Below, in pieces: positions 1 through 8,562 of a DNA stretch of 64,000 nucleotides (positions within the stretch are counted from its first letter, which is position 1; each line of letters opens with the position of its first letter). The notes below the pieces were generated by a model. That model made no database searches and was not told the DNA's origin. It saw nothing but the letters and a program-made list of their open reading frames with translations. The DNA comes from Eubacteriales bacterium (GTDB lineage Bacteria > Bacillota > Clostridia > Lachnospirales > JAKSVV01). The stretch lies in NCBI GenBank assembly GCA_031549455.1, contig JAVBPT010000028.1:3850-67849 (forward strand), read 5' to 3'. A program made the position numbers and the translations under genes.

Positions 1-1017
1 AGAGCCACAGAACTTTGTTCCTCCTCTGTTCTTTGCTCCACATGCACCACAAAATACAGGTTTTTCTTCTGCGCTACCTTCTGCATTTACTGATTGATCT
101 TTAACATGCTCTAATGTTGGATTTTCTTTTTCAGCCTTATTCCATAAATCTTTGAACTTAGAAGACATCTCACACATTTTACCATATAAATCAAATGTTA
201 TATTTGTGCTTGGTGCGACTTCCATATAAGACGTCATCATTTTCACCATCATATAGCTGTCTATGAAAGCTGACTTGACTGCTGCTGCAACAAAGCAAGC
301 TAGTAAAAATGCAACAAAACCGTTCCAATTAAGCAAACGAAATACAAGACCAAATCCTAAAAAAGTAACAAGAATAATCATAGCAATAAGTATAATGACA
401 GTAATTGTAGTTTTTGCAGCATCCTTCAACAACCTTTTCCAGTTTTGCGCATAAATTACTACACCATCCGCAGCACTCTTAAATTCTCCTTGATCCTTTT
501 TATAAAATGTATACCCTAAGCAACATTCGTCTATATAACCTAGTGAAATGCCAATAAACATTTTGCCTATTTTAACAACTGTATCCATACCAGGGACAAA
601 TCCCAATGTATTTCCTGCTTTTTCTAGTACATTTTGGAGTTGTCTTACTGCGCCAGACACCAATTTATCTATTGCAAAATATACATTGGATGTGACAAAA
701 CGCTCCTTAACCTTTCCTTTTCCATATTCCACTTGATTACTTGGAATATTTCCAGTAGTAACTGCTTCAACAATAACGGCTATATGCCCAGCCTTTAATA
801 AATAACCAATATAATGCATAAAAAAGAATTGAATTGTACCTGTTGCAGAAAGCCATATAAGAAGCATAATACCAGATACTCCATCGTTATTAAATAACCA
901 GGCAACGCCCATAAGAACTGCAAAAATAACAATAGAACATAGTATAGTAGCAAGACCTAAAAGTAGTTTCGCCCATACAAAGGGCATTGTTTTTGTAAAA
1001 ATTTCATTTGATTTCAC
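1..1017 (-). CDS. Polytopic membrane protein with C-terminal zinc-ribbon (partial; 3' end runs off the window start)
   Basis: Absent from the ORF track because it has no stop in the window. My translation of the minus strand from GTG at 1017 (AGGAGG at 1028-1023, 5-nt spacer) stays open to position 1: MKSNEIFTKTMPFVWAKLLLGLATILCSIVIFAVLMGVAW... It has several hydrophobic helices and ends ...EEKPVFCGACGAKNRGGTKFCGS (CxxC...C knuckle). Confidence 0.7.
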   Translation of the reverse strand, partial: MKSNEIFTKTMPFVWAKLLLGLATILCSIVIFAVLMGVAWLFNNDGVSGIMLLIWLSATGTIQFFFMHYIGYLLKAGHIAVIVEAVTTGNIPSNQVEYGKGKVKERFVTSNVYFAIDKLVSGAVRQLQNVLEKAGNTLGFVPGMDTVVKIGKMFIGISLGYIDECCLGYTFYKKDQGEFKSAADGVVIYAQNWKRLLKDAAKTTITVIILIAMIILVTFLGFGLVFRLLNWNGFVAFLLACFVAAAVKSAFIDSYMMVKMMTSYMEVAPSTNITFDLYGKMCEMSSKFKDLWNKAEKENPTLEHVKDQSVNAEGSAEEKPVFCGACGAKNRGGTKFCGS

Positions 1018-1026
1018 ATTAACCTC

Positions 1027-1500
1027 CTATTCAATTTTAGCACCACATTCTCCACAAAAACTCATATTAGGAGCAACGGTTGCTCCACAAGAACAAGTAT
1101 GCGTTTCTGATAATTCTAACTTAGTGCCACATTCTTGACAAAATTTCATACCTTTTACATTTTCGGAACCACAGTTTGGACACGAATTGCCAATATCCCC
1201 TTTCTCTTTTTCCTTAATTTCTTTTTCTATTCCTTTAACCCTTTCTTCTAATTCAGCAATTTCATCTTGAATATGTAGCAATTCTTCAGATTGCGAATAC
1301 TCCGATGGGTTTTCATGATATACCTTCCTTCCAATTTCAGAAAAAATTTCATTTTCCTTTTTTCTTAATTCAGCAATAGAGCTTTTTGTACTAATCATTC
1401 TTACGCCTAAGTCATCTTGTGGTGCAAGCCCCGATTTTGCAATTTCACTCACAACACCATTAATAGCTTCTCCCAAGCCGCTAAATAGATTGCTGGCCAT
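1027..1500 (-). CDS. Double zinc-ribbon protein with charged, coiled-coil-like N-terminal half
   Basis: ORF track. The C-terminus has CPNCG-x11-CQECG and CSCG-x10-CGECG motifs. The N-terminal 100 aa are heptad-like and E/K-rich. The TAG stop overlaps the SD of the next gene. Confidence 0.75.
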   Translation of the reverse strand: MASNLFSGLGEAINGVVSEIAKSGLAPQDDLGVRMISTKSSIAELRKKENEIFSEIGRKVYHENPSEYSQSEELLHIQDEIAELEERVKGIEKEIKEKEKGDIGNSCPNCGSENVKGMKFCQECGTKLELSETHTCSCGATVAPNMSFCGECGAKIE

Positions 1501-1754
1501 AAGTCTACCTCCTTTGGTTTATTAATCACATATCCCATCATAAATACAAATGATAAAATGTTAAATAGACGGAACGATAAAAAGAGAATCACAAATTTCA
1601 AAATGAAATATAAATGATAGATATTATTTATTCCAATTTTTTGCAATTAAAATAATCACTTTTTTTCATCTTATAATTAATTACTCTTAAAGTAATTATA
1701 AAAAAAAGTTTTATTTTGTATATCGCCCTAAGTATGATTTTTGATGTAAAAGTA

Positions 1755-1793
1755 AAACTTCCCATATCATACTAAGTATGACACAGGAAGTTT
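1755..1793 (-). terminator. Long imperfect hairpin after the LuxR-type gene; its core is a perfect 15-bp palindrome
   Basis: AAACTTCC (1755-1762) pairs with GGAAGTTT (1786-1793). The centre TCATACT-A-AGTATGA (1767-1781) is a perfect palindrome. On the minus strand it is followed by TTTTACTTTTAC. The half-site CTAAGTATGA recurs at 1728-1737. It could equally be an operator. Confidence 0.4.
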
Positions 1794-1826
1794 CCCCTGA
1801 AATAAGGGTTTTGCCCATTGTAAATA

Positions 1827-3419
1827 TTAGCCAATTTCTTCTAAAAGTCCACTCTTTTTTATTAGCTCTATGTATAGCGCCAATTCATTTTTGGATGATA
1901 CACCCAATTTTGAATATATATGGCTATTGTGTGTTTTTAATGTATTCATACTAAAAAACATAATCTTAGTGATTTCACTAAAACTCTTACCATCCACATA
2001 GTAGCGAAATACGCTCATCTCTGTTGGAGTTAATGTTTTAACACGTATGATAAAATCTTCAAAAAGATCGTCAGGAAGGGGACTGTCTTTTGAATGTAAG
2101 TTTTTTATCTTTTCAATCAACTGATCTATCTCCATTATATTTGTCTTCTCTAGTAATCCATCCTCTCCTACCTGTTCTAATTTCTCTATAATAGGTTTTA
2201 CAAACCGTTTAGAAAGATAAATAGACACTATGCTTCCTATTACCACCAATATAAACAAGATAAGAACAAACTGCATCTTCTTTGTATTATGCACAGTGTC
2301 AAAATCCTCTTTTGGTATAAGAATTGAAGCTAAAAAGGTCTTTACAGCAAAGGGTGAATTATCTGGATAAACCCTTATGGCGTTATTCATACCAATGTAC
2401 AAAGAATCATCTGGCATTTTATATATAATAAAACTATCTATATTTCCAGCATTACCTATCACTCCTTCTTTTGGAAACATGCTATATATCGCAGAATTAC
2501 CAGAATATAATGCATCATCTAATCGTATTTGCCCATTACTAGTTGACGAAAACAGATAAACTGTTTTATGAAAATCATTTATCTCCGGCTCGTGACGCAA
2601 CATAAAATTCATCTTACTAATTTCAAATCCACAAACTCCTAAAATTTCACCATTATTATCTAGTATAGGAACCGAACATACTATTACTTCTTCGTTTAGT
2701 TCTGGTATGGGGCACATAGAAGTCCAATATATAAGTCGTGATAATGGTAAAGCACTGTTATTTTTATAAGCTGTAATAGGTTCCCTCCAAAAAGCTTGAT
2801 CTTTTATATTAAATTCCAAATCCCATTTTGCCTGTAAGTTCAAGTTATTATCTCGCGCAAGCGAAGAAATTCCTCTTAACAAAAGACGTTCTTCACTCCC
2901 TGTACCGCGTATATTAGGTTCGATATTACGTAGATATAGACCCGCTTTGGAATTTTCGGCATCTTCTATGTTTGGATTTATAGTTGCATCTAATGTTAGA
3001 AACACACCACTGCAATCAGTTGCATTAATATTAGTTAGCAGAATAAAAAGCTGTTCTTTGAGTAATGATTCTAATAATTCCGGATAGTTTTTTAGTTCAC
3101 TAGACGAAAGGTTATTTCGTTTCATAAATATAGAAATTCTTTCGGAAAGTTGTTGAGACATTCTAATTGCTTGAATAGAAGCATTCCCGCACTGGCTAGA
3201 TGTATTTGTCGAAAGGTGTTTAAGTTCACTTGAAAATTGATTTTCTATTTCTTCTAAGCCAAAAGGAAAAAAGTCAAATATTGAAAGCAAAAACATGATA
3301 CCCGCTAGCATAGTAAACATAAAAATCAATAAAAAAGCCAAAAGCCTATATCTAATACTTTCCGTAGAGCTCTTCACTTTTTTTCTTATTCTTTTAATAA
3401 GATGTTTAATATTTACCAC
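1827..3419 (-). CDS. Membrane-embedded one-component regulator: TM, Cache-like extracytoplasmic domain, TM, LuxR/GerE-type HTH
   Basis: GTG start with a GAGGAG SD 6 nt upstream. Hydrophobic helices at about aa 26-48 and 383-405. Cache-like signature PILDNNGEILGVCGFEISKMNF lies between them. C-terminal LuxR HTH: LTPTEMSVFRYYVDGKSFSEITKIMFFSMNTLKTHNSHIYSKLGV. Confidence 0.75.
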   Translation of the reverse strand: MVNIKHLIKRIRKKVKSSTESIRYRLLAFLLIFMFTMLAGIMFLLSIFDFFPFGLEEIENQFSSELKHLSTNTSSQCGNASIQAIRMSQQLSERISIFMKRNNLSSSELKNYPELLESLLKEQLFILLTNINATDCSGVFLTLDATINPNIEDAENSKAGLYLRNIEPNIRGTGSEERLLLRGISSLARDNNLNLQAKWDLEFNIKDQAFWREPITAYKNNSALPLSRLIYWTSMCPIPELNEEVIVCSVPILDNNGEILGVCGFEISKMNFMLRHEPEINDFHKTVYLFSSTSNGQIRLDDALYSGNSAIYSMFPKEGVIGNAGNIDSFIIYKMPDDSLYIGMNNAIRVYPDNSPFAVKTFLASILIPKEDFDTVHNTKKMQFVLILFILVVIGSIVSIYLSKRFVKPIIEKLEQVGEDGLLEKTNIMEIDQLIEKIKNLHSKDSPLPDDLFEDFIIRVKTLTPTEMSVFRYYVDGKSFSEITKIMFFSMNTLKTHNSHIYSKLGVSSKNELALYIELIKKSGLLEEIG

Positions 3420-3431
3420 GCTTTTCTCCTC

Positions 3432-4820
3432 TTATGGATTAAATTTCTTTATATAATTTGTCATTGTATCTTTTGATACAATATCAAAAGCCAACTTTTT
3501 ATCCTGCAATCTAATAAGTTGTAAATAGTTATCTCTACTATCTTGGGCAGTATGCTTTAATCCATCAACATATTGATTTTGTAAACTGTCAAATCCATCA
3601 AATACAGGCGGGAAATAAAAGCTGTAATCCTTTTGCATATTTGCTACTGTAAGTAGCGCCTTCTCTACTATTTTATTTTCAATCATTGGAAATTTCTTTT
3701 CTATGATATCATCAAAAGATGATTTTTGTACCGGCATATATCCAATTTTAGATGTAAATTGTAAGTTTCTTTCTGCCTCTATAAACCATTTCAGAAATAT
3801 ATATGAAGCATATTCCTTTATCGGTTCGGATTTAAGTACGCAAATTCCACCACCGCGTTGGAATACTACCTTTTTTCCTCCTTCAAAAATAGGATAAGGC
3901 AGTACATCAAATATCACTTCTTCCTTAGTATTGTCTGAGTAAGTAATACGGGCCGGGTAAAAAGTCGAGCCTGCTGATGATGCTGTGGCGCAGACAATAT
4001 CTCCAGTCGCCGCAAGATAATTGCCCCACCCATCAACTATAGGTATTCCCCCTTTAACAGCAGGATTATAATATGCATTCCAAATCTTTTCAAAAATCGG
4101 ATTGGATAAATCAAGTTCCTCATCTCTAACAATATCCCCCCCTAGTTGCTTAAAACCAACCATCGCTTGATTAAATAATCCTTCTGGATAGAAAAACATC
4201 TTTCCATCATTTTGGATATCTTGCGTCTTATTGTCAGTCCATTCATAATACTTTACCGCAGCCTCAGCAATTCCCTCAAATGTAGCAAGGCTTTCTAGCT
4301 CTACATCCATTTCACTTGAAAAACGGTCAAAAAGGGTCCTATTAACATAAAGAACTTCAGCAGATTTTGCAATAGGTATTAAATAAAGTTGTTCTCCACC
4401 TAAGCGCCCTTCATCCAAAAACTGAGAAACAAATCCACCCAGCTCTGCTTTTGAGAAGTATTGTTCAAAATCTATAAGAGCATCTTTTTCAGCCAATGTA
4501 ATTGCAACATTGGGATAGACCACTGCCATATCCGGTAGCTCTGCGGCACCAGGATCGTGGTTAACAGCTGCTATTAAATGTTCATTGACTATTTTGGCAT
4601 CTGTAATTGAAGTTACTTTAACTGTAATTCCATTTTCAGCTCCAACTGTATGATTAAAATCATCTATCATATCATCAAAAACATCTCTCATATTCTCTAC
4701 ATATGTATGCCATATCGTTATTGTTACCGGATTACTCTGAGTTGGTTTATCCATTTTTTTACAAGAAGTTATTATAAATAAAAATGTAATAAACAAGAAG
4801 ATAGAAATTATTTTTTTCAT
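3432..4820 (-). CDS. Extracellular solute-binding lipoprotein (ABC-type SBP family), with no cognate permease or ATPase nearby
   Basis: Signal peptide plus lipobox LFIITSC. Size and composition are typical of family-1 sugar SBPs. It ends 12 nt upstream of the regulator gene. Confidence 0.75.
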   Translation of the reverse strand: MKKIISIFLFITFLFIITSCKKMDKPTQSNPVTITIWHTYVENMRDVFDDMIDDFNHTVGAENGITVKVTSITDAKIVNEHLIAAVNHDPGAAELPDMAVVYPNVAITLAEKDALIDFEQYFSKAELGGFVSQFLDEGRLGGEQLYLIPIAKSAEVLYVNRTLFDRFSSEMDVELESLATFEGIAEAAVKYYEWTDNKTQDIQNDGKMFFYPEGLFNQAMVGFKQLGGDIVRDEELDLSNPIFEKIWNAYYNPAVKGGIPIVDGWGNYLAATGDIVCATASSAGSTFYPARITYSDNTKEEVIFDVLPYPIFEGGKKVVFQRGGGICVLKSEPIKEYASYIFLKWFIEAERNLQFTSKIGYMPVQKSSFDDIIEKKFPMIENKIVEKALLTVANMQKDYSFYFPPVFDGFDSLQNQYVDGLKHTAQDSRDNYLQLIRLQDKKLAFDIVSKDTMTNYIKKFNP

Positions 4821-4916
4821 GTGAACCTCTTTTTTAATTATAGTTATCTACAAATATTATATATATTTAAAATTAAGAGTAAAGGGGCTAATAAAAATAA
4901 ATTTCAGTAATATAAA

Positions 4917-4988
4917 AGCGCGAAATGAATTTCAATGTCAAAGCACCTCCTTACCAAGGAGATGCTCTATCAACTGAACCACTCGCGC
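4917..4988 (-). tRNA. tRNA-Thr(GGU)-like gene with a non-canonical T-arm (possible pseudo-tRNA)
   Basis: Folded by eye. Acceptor GCGCGAG/TTCGCGC, D-arm GTTC-AGTTGATA-GAGC and anticodon arm TCTCC-TTGGTAA-GGAGG are all normal. The 20 nt that should form the variable loop and T-arm (TGCTTTGACATTGAAATTCA) has no GTTCGAAT-type loop and no 5-bp stem. Confidence 0.5.
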
Positions 4989-4997
4989 ATATCATAG

Positions 4998-5068
4998 AGC
5001 GGATGATGGGAATCGAACCCACGTGACCAGCTTGGAAGGCTGGAGTTCTACCATTGAACTACATCCGC
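4998..5068 (-). tRNA. tRNA-Gly (anticodon UCC)
   Basis: GCGGATG TA GTTC AATGGTA GAAC T CCAGC CTTCCAA GCTGG TCAC GTGGG TTCGATT CCCAT CATCCGC T. Full cloverleaf; CCA is not encoded. Confidence 0.9.
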
Positions 5069-5108
5069 AGAGTCAAAAAACCTGTTAAAACTTGCTCTCT
5101 GAGCTTTA

Positions 5109-5137
5109 ATAATACAATGATTTATTTAATTTGTCAA
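5109..5137 (-). promoter_or_regulatory. Sigma-A-type promoter for the tRNA-Gly / tRNA-Thr-like unit
   Basis: Minus strand: TTGACA (5137-5132), 17-nt spacer, TATTAT (5114-5109), about 40 nt upstream of the tRNA-Gly 5' end. Confidence 0.7.
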
Positions 5138-5248
5138 GTCTTAGTCTTGTAAAATTTATTTTTTTATCGACAAGATCTCTCTCGCTTTTTAGCAACCTTT
5201 GCCTTGATAAATAGAAGCCTTTCTAAAATTATCTCTATGATAACAAAA

Positions 5249-5276
5249 AGGTCTAAAGAGGCCTTTCTTTAGACCT
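5249..5276. terminator. Bidirectional hairpin terminator
   Basis: AGGTCTAAAG (5249-5258) pairs with CTTTAGACCT (5267-5276), an 8-nt loop, with an A-run before it and a T-run after it. Confidence 0.55.
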
Positions 5277-5349
5277 TTATTTTCCTTTTCAATTTCCATT
5301 TCCTCCCGTTGTCTCATAAGACATTTTACTGGGAGTGATCAAAAAATAT

Positions 5350-5391
5350 GACACGGGGATTTCCAAAATTTCTTTGAAAAATCCCCGTGTC
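5350..5391. terminator. Hairpin terminator (13-bp stem)
   Basis: GACACGGGGATTT (5350-5362) pairs with AAATCCCCGTGTC (5379-5391). T-rich sequence follows on both strands. Confidence 0.6.
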
Positions 5392-5425
5392 CAGTTTTGT
5401 ATTTCTTTTGATTTTATCAAGAAAA

Positions 5426-5465
5426 CAAAAAACGGACAAACCCGCGAATCCGCTGGGCCTTGTCC
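5426..5465 (-). terminator. Rho-independent terminator of the tRNA-Tyr / tRNA-Phe unit
   Basis: Minus strand: GGACAAGGCCCAGCG...CGCGGGTTTGTCC GC-rich stem followed by GTTTTTTG, about 30 nt after the tRNA-Phe 3' end. Confidence 0.7.
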
Positions 5466-5493
5466 ATTTCGAACGTTAGGCTTTAATAAAAAA

Positions 5494-5566
<73 letters not shown>

Positions 5567-5571
5567 GTTTA

Positions 5572-5653
5572 TGGGGAGAGAAGGATTCGAACCTTCGAAG
5601 GCGGAACCAACAGATTTACAGTCTGCCCCCTTTGGCCACTCGGGAACCTCCCC
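5572..5653 (-). tRNA. tRNA-Tyr (anticodon GUA), long variable arm
   Basis: GGGGAGG ... GCAGA CTGTAAA TCTGT, long variable arm, GAAGG TTCGAAT CCTTC TCTCCCC A. Confidence 0.9.
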
Positions 5654-5673
5654 AAATCTAAACGACTTTGTAT

Positions 5674-5702
5674 ATGATAACAAAAATATTTAAATTTGTC
5701 AA
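5674..5702 (-). promoter_or_regulatory. Sigma-A-type promoter for tRNA-Tyr / tRNA-Phe
   Basis: Minus strand: TTGACA (5702-5697), 17-nt spacer, TATCAT (5679-5674). It directly abuts the murB stop codon. Confidence 0.7.
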
Positions 5703-6656
5703 TTATAAAGCACGTAATTTTTCCTTACTTTTTTCATCTGCATAGATGTCCCCTAGCACTTTTATTTCTAATTCCAGCCTAATTTTGGTCTTTTCATAGA
5801 CCACATCTGAAACATACATCGCAAGCTCATACACATCCTTGGCTGTGGCATTTCCACAGTTGATAATAAAATTTGCATGTTTGGTTGAGATCTCGGCGTC
5901 TCCAATTCGGTAGCCCTTAAGACCACACTCGTCAATCAGTTTGCCCGGAAAGTTGCCTTCTGGCCTTTTAAATACACTCCCCGCATTTGGAAATTCAAGA
6001 GGTTGGCTCTTTGATCTCTTTTCTTTATAAATATCCATTTTCTCTTTAATAGTGGTTTTTTCTCCCTTTTCAAGTCTAAATTTGGAGGAAACCACAATAT
6101 ATTTCTTTTGAGAAATGATGGTCTTCCGGTAGGTCATCTTTAGCTCCCCGTTCTTAAGGATAATGGAGTTCCCCTTGCTATCAATGGCATTGATTTCAAT
6201 TAATACATCTTTGATCTCCCGCTCATATGCGCCTGCATTCATACAGATCGCTCCACCCACCGTTCCCGGGATACCCGAAGCAAATTCAAGGCCTGTAAAG
6301 CCGTTTTTATAGGCAAACTGGGAAAGAGAAATCAAACTAGCCCCAGACTCTGCAATAAAAACGTCCTCTTCTAACTCTATCTTTTTCATTTTGTTCCCTA
6401 TGTATATAATCATCCCTCTAAAACCCGCATCTGAAACAAGTAAATTTGTACCATTTCCCATCACAAAATAAGGGATTTTGTTCTTACTAGCCACCTGGAT
6501 ACACCAGTTGATCTCTTCCTTGTCGCTAACTGTAACAAAAATATCCGCTTCTCCCCCAATCTTATAACTCGTATGTTTCTTCATGCTCTCATTTAGAAGT
6601 ATTTTCTCTATATCTATGTTTTTATTCAGTTCTTTTAGAATTAGATTTTTATTCAT
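5703..6656 (-). CDS. murB: UDP-N-acetylenolpyruvoylglucosamine reductase
   Basis: FAD-binding N-terminus (GGEADIFV, GNGTNLL) plus the GGAICMNAGAY motif; 317 aa. Confidence 0.9.
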   Translation of the reverse strand: MNKNLILKELNKNIDIEKILLNESMKKHTSYKIGGEADIFVTVSDKEEINWCIQVASKNKIPYFVMGNGTNLLVSDAGFRGMIIYIGNKMKKIELEEDVFIAESGASLISLSQFAYKNGFTGLEFASGIPGTVGGAICMNAGAYEREIKDVLIEINAIDSKGNSIILKNGELKMTYRKTIISQKKYIVVSSKFRLEKGEKTTIKEKMDIYKEKRSKSQPLEFPNAGSVFKRPEGNFPGKLIDECGLKGYRIGDAEISTKHANFIINCGNATAKDVYELAMYVSDVVYEKTKIRLELEIKVLGDIYADEKSKEKLRAL

Positions 6657-6668
6657 CCTACTCTCCTT

Positions 6669-7589
6669 TTAGATCATTCGGTATAAATTGGCTGCTCCTA
6701 TGATGCCAGCATCATTGCAAAATCTTGCCGGTACAATTTCCGTCAGATTGCTACCTCTTAATGTAGGAGTCTGCTTTACTTCCTCCCGTATGAGATCAAT
6801 GATGACATCACTCTGTGATACCCCACCTCCAATGGCTATCTTTTCTGGATCAAAAATATTTAAAAGATTCACTATACCTACACATATATACTTTATATGT
6901 TCATAAATTAGGGTTCGTGCCAGTTCATCATTCGCTTGGTAAGCCTCCATAATCATTCTGCCATCAATTGCCTTTTTTTCTCCCTTACAACTTTCAAAGA
7001 GTAGACTCTTTTCTATGCCCTCTTTTTTCCTACATCGTTCAACAAGTGCGCTGGTAGAGGCATAAGATTCAAAACAACCCATTCTACCACAACCGCATCT
7101 TTTTCCATTGCAGTCGATCACCTGGTGCCCAAGCTCTCCTGACACACCAAAACTCCCTTTATACAACCTTCCATCTAGAATGATTCCCCCACCAACACCT
7201 GTTCCAAGTGTTATAAATAATGCGTTTCGACTTCCTTTTAATGCGCCATAACAAAGTTCTGCATAAGCCGCTGCATTGGCGTCATTCTCAATCTCAATCC
7301 TTTTGCCCGGCAAAAGCTCCGTCAAAAGTCCTTGTAAATTTGTGTCTCGAAACGCTAGATTTGGAGAGGTCACCATTCCATTTTTAATTACTCCTGCAAA
7401 TCCCACTCCTATGTTCTCGTATTGGTCATCTGGTGCCATATTTTGTACCAACTCCCCAATCGCCCTCACGATCTCTTTTACGCTTCTACTTTCTGGTGTC
7501 CTGATCTGGTCTTTTTGGATCACCCGATCTTCCGATACCAGTCCAATTGCGATCTTGGTCCCCCCAACATCAATTCCTACATCATACAT
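6669..7589 (-). CDS. glcK: ROK-family glucokinase
   Basis: N-terminal ATP motif GIDVGGTK, ROK signature, and zinc motif CGCGRMGCFE. Confidence 0.8.
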   Translation of the reverse strand: MYDVGIDVGGTKIAIGLVSEDRVIQKDQIRTPESRSVKEIVRAIGELVQNMAPDDQYENIGVGFAGVIKNGMVTSPNLAFRDTNLQGLLTELLPGKRIEIENDANAAAYAELCYGALKGSRNALFITLGTGVGGGIILDGRLYKGSFGVSGELGHQVIDCNGKRCGCGRMGCFESYASTSALVERCRKKEGIEKSLLFESCKGEKKAIDGRMIMEAYQANDELARTLIYEHIKYICVGIVNLLNIFDPEKIAIGGGVSQSDVIIDLIREEVKQTPTLRGSNLTEIVPARFCNDAGIIGAANLYRMI

Positions 7590-8553
7590 CTCTATTCCTC
7601 TTTATATTTTCATACGTGGAGCTTAGCATATCACAAAGTGTATATTCTGCTCGAAATGCAAGTTCTCGCTCAGCCTTTTCCGTTGAACAGACTAAAACGG
7701 CCGTATCCCCTTCTCTACGTTCTACAATCTCTTTTTGTACAGGTTGGCCAATAATCTTTTCAAACTCCGTGATGACTTCAAAAACGCTGTTTCCTGTTCC
7801 CGTCCCAATATTGTAGACTTTATTAAAAAGGTTGTCAATTTTTTCTCCCGCAAGAACATGCGCACGTGCAACATCTTCGATGTGAATATAATCTCTAATG
7901 CAAGTCCCATCTTTAGTATTATAGTCATCCCCGAAAACTTTTATTACTTTATTTTCTAAATAGTTTCGAATCACAATCGGAATGAGGTTCTTTTCCCCCT
8001 CATTAAATTTGAATTCGGGAAACCCTACACCCGCCACATTGAAATACCGGAAAATGATGTATTTGATATTATAAATCTTAGAGTACCATGTTAGAATTCC
8101 TTCCATGATCACCTTTGTATGCCCATACACATTAAAGGGTTGTAATTCCAGCTCTTCATGCAAGACACCAATATCTTCTCTGTTTCCATAGGAGGTTGCA
8201 GTGGAAGAAAAAATCACATTCTCCACATTATGCTCCACCATTGCCCCAAGTAAATTGAGTGTCCCAATAACATTGGTCTCATAATAGGACCTTGGATCTT
8301 TCATACTATCCTCAATAGACTTAAGCGCCGCCTCATGAAACACTGTATCAATCTCATAATGTCTAAATAAGAGTTCTAGATCACTTTTATCCAAAAGATC
8401 CCCTTGCACAAGTTTACTTCTTTTATCAATATTGTTCATAAAGCCAGTAGAAATATTATCAAATACGATTACGTTATACCCCTCATCGAGTAGCTTCTTT
8501 ACAATATGACTTCCTATGTAGCCTGCGCCACCTGTTACCAAAACGTTTTTCAT
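7582..8553 (-). CDS. galE: UDP-glucose 4-epimerase
   Basis: Rossmann motif TGGAGYIGSH and catalytic YGHTK (YxxxK); 323 aa. Confidence 0.88.
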   Translation of the reverse strand: MKNVLVTGGAGYIGSHIVKKLLDEGYNVIVFDNISTGFMNNIDKRSKLVQGDLLDKSDLELLFRHYEIDTVFHEAALKSIEDSMKDPRSYYETNVIGTLNLLGAMVEHNVENVIFSSTATSYGNREDIGVLHEELELQPFNVYGHTKVIMEGILTWYSKIYNIKYIIFRYFNVAGVGFPEFKFNEGEKNLIPIVIRNYLENKVIKVFGDDYNTKDGTCIRDYIHIEDVARAHVLAGEKIDNLFNKVYNIGTGTGNSVFEVITEFEKIIGQPVQKEIVERREGDTAVLVCSTEKAERELAFRAEYTLCDMLSSTYENIKRNRDV

Positions 8554-8562
8554 AACACCCTC

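Noticed and set aside
263-736. Plus-strand ORFs 263..454 and 548..736
   Set aside because: They are antisense to the continuous minus-strand membrane/zinc-ribbon CDS, which I translated without any stop from 1017 to 1.
1449-1646. 65-aa minus-strand ORF overlapping the start of the zinc-ribbon gene
   Set aside because: It overlaps the better-supported 1027..1500 CDS out of frame and extends into AT-rich promoter DNA. No SD is present.
5189-5299. 36-codon ORF on the minus strand (MEIEKENKGLKKGLFRPFCYHRDNFRKASIYQGKGC) after GGGAGGAA
   Set aside because: The SD-like run sits only about 2 nt from the ATG. The ORF also contains the 5249-5276 terminator hairpin, so it is more likely non-coding spacer.
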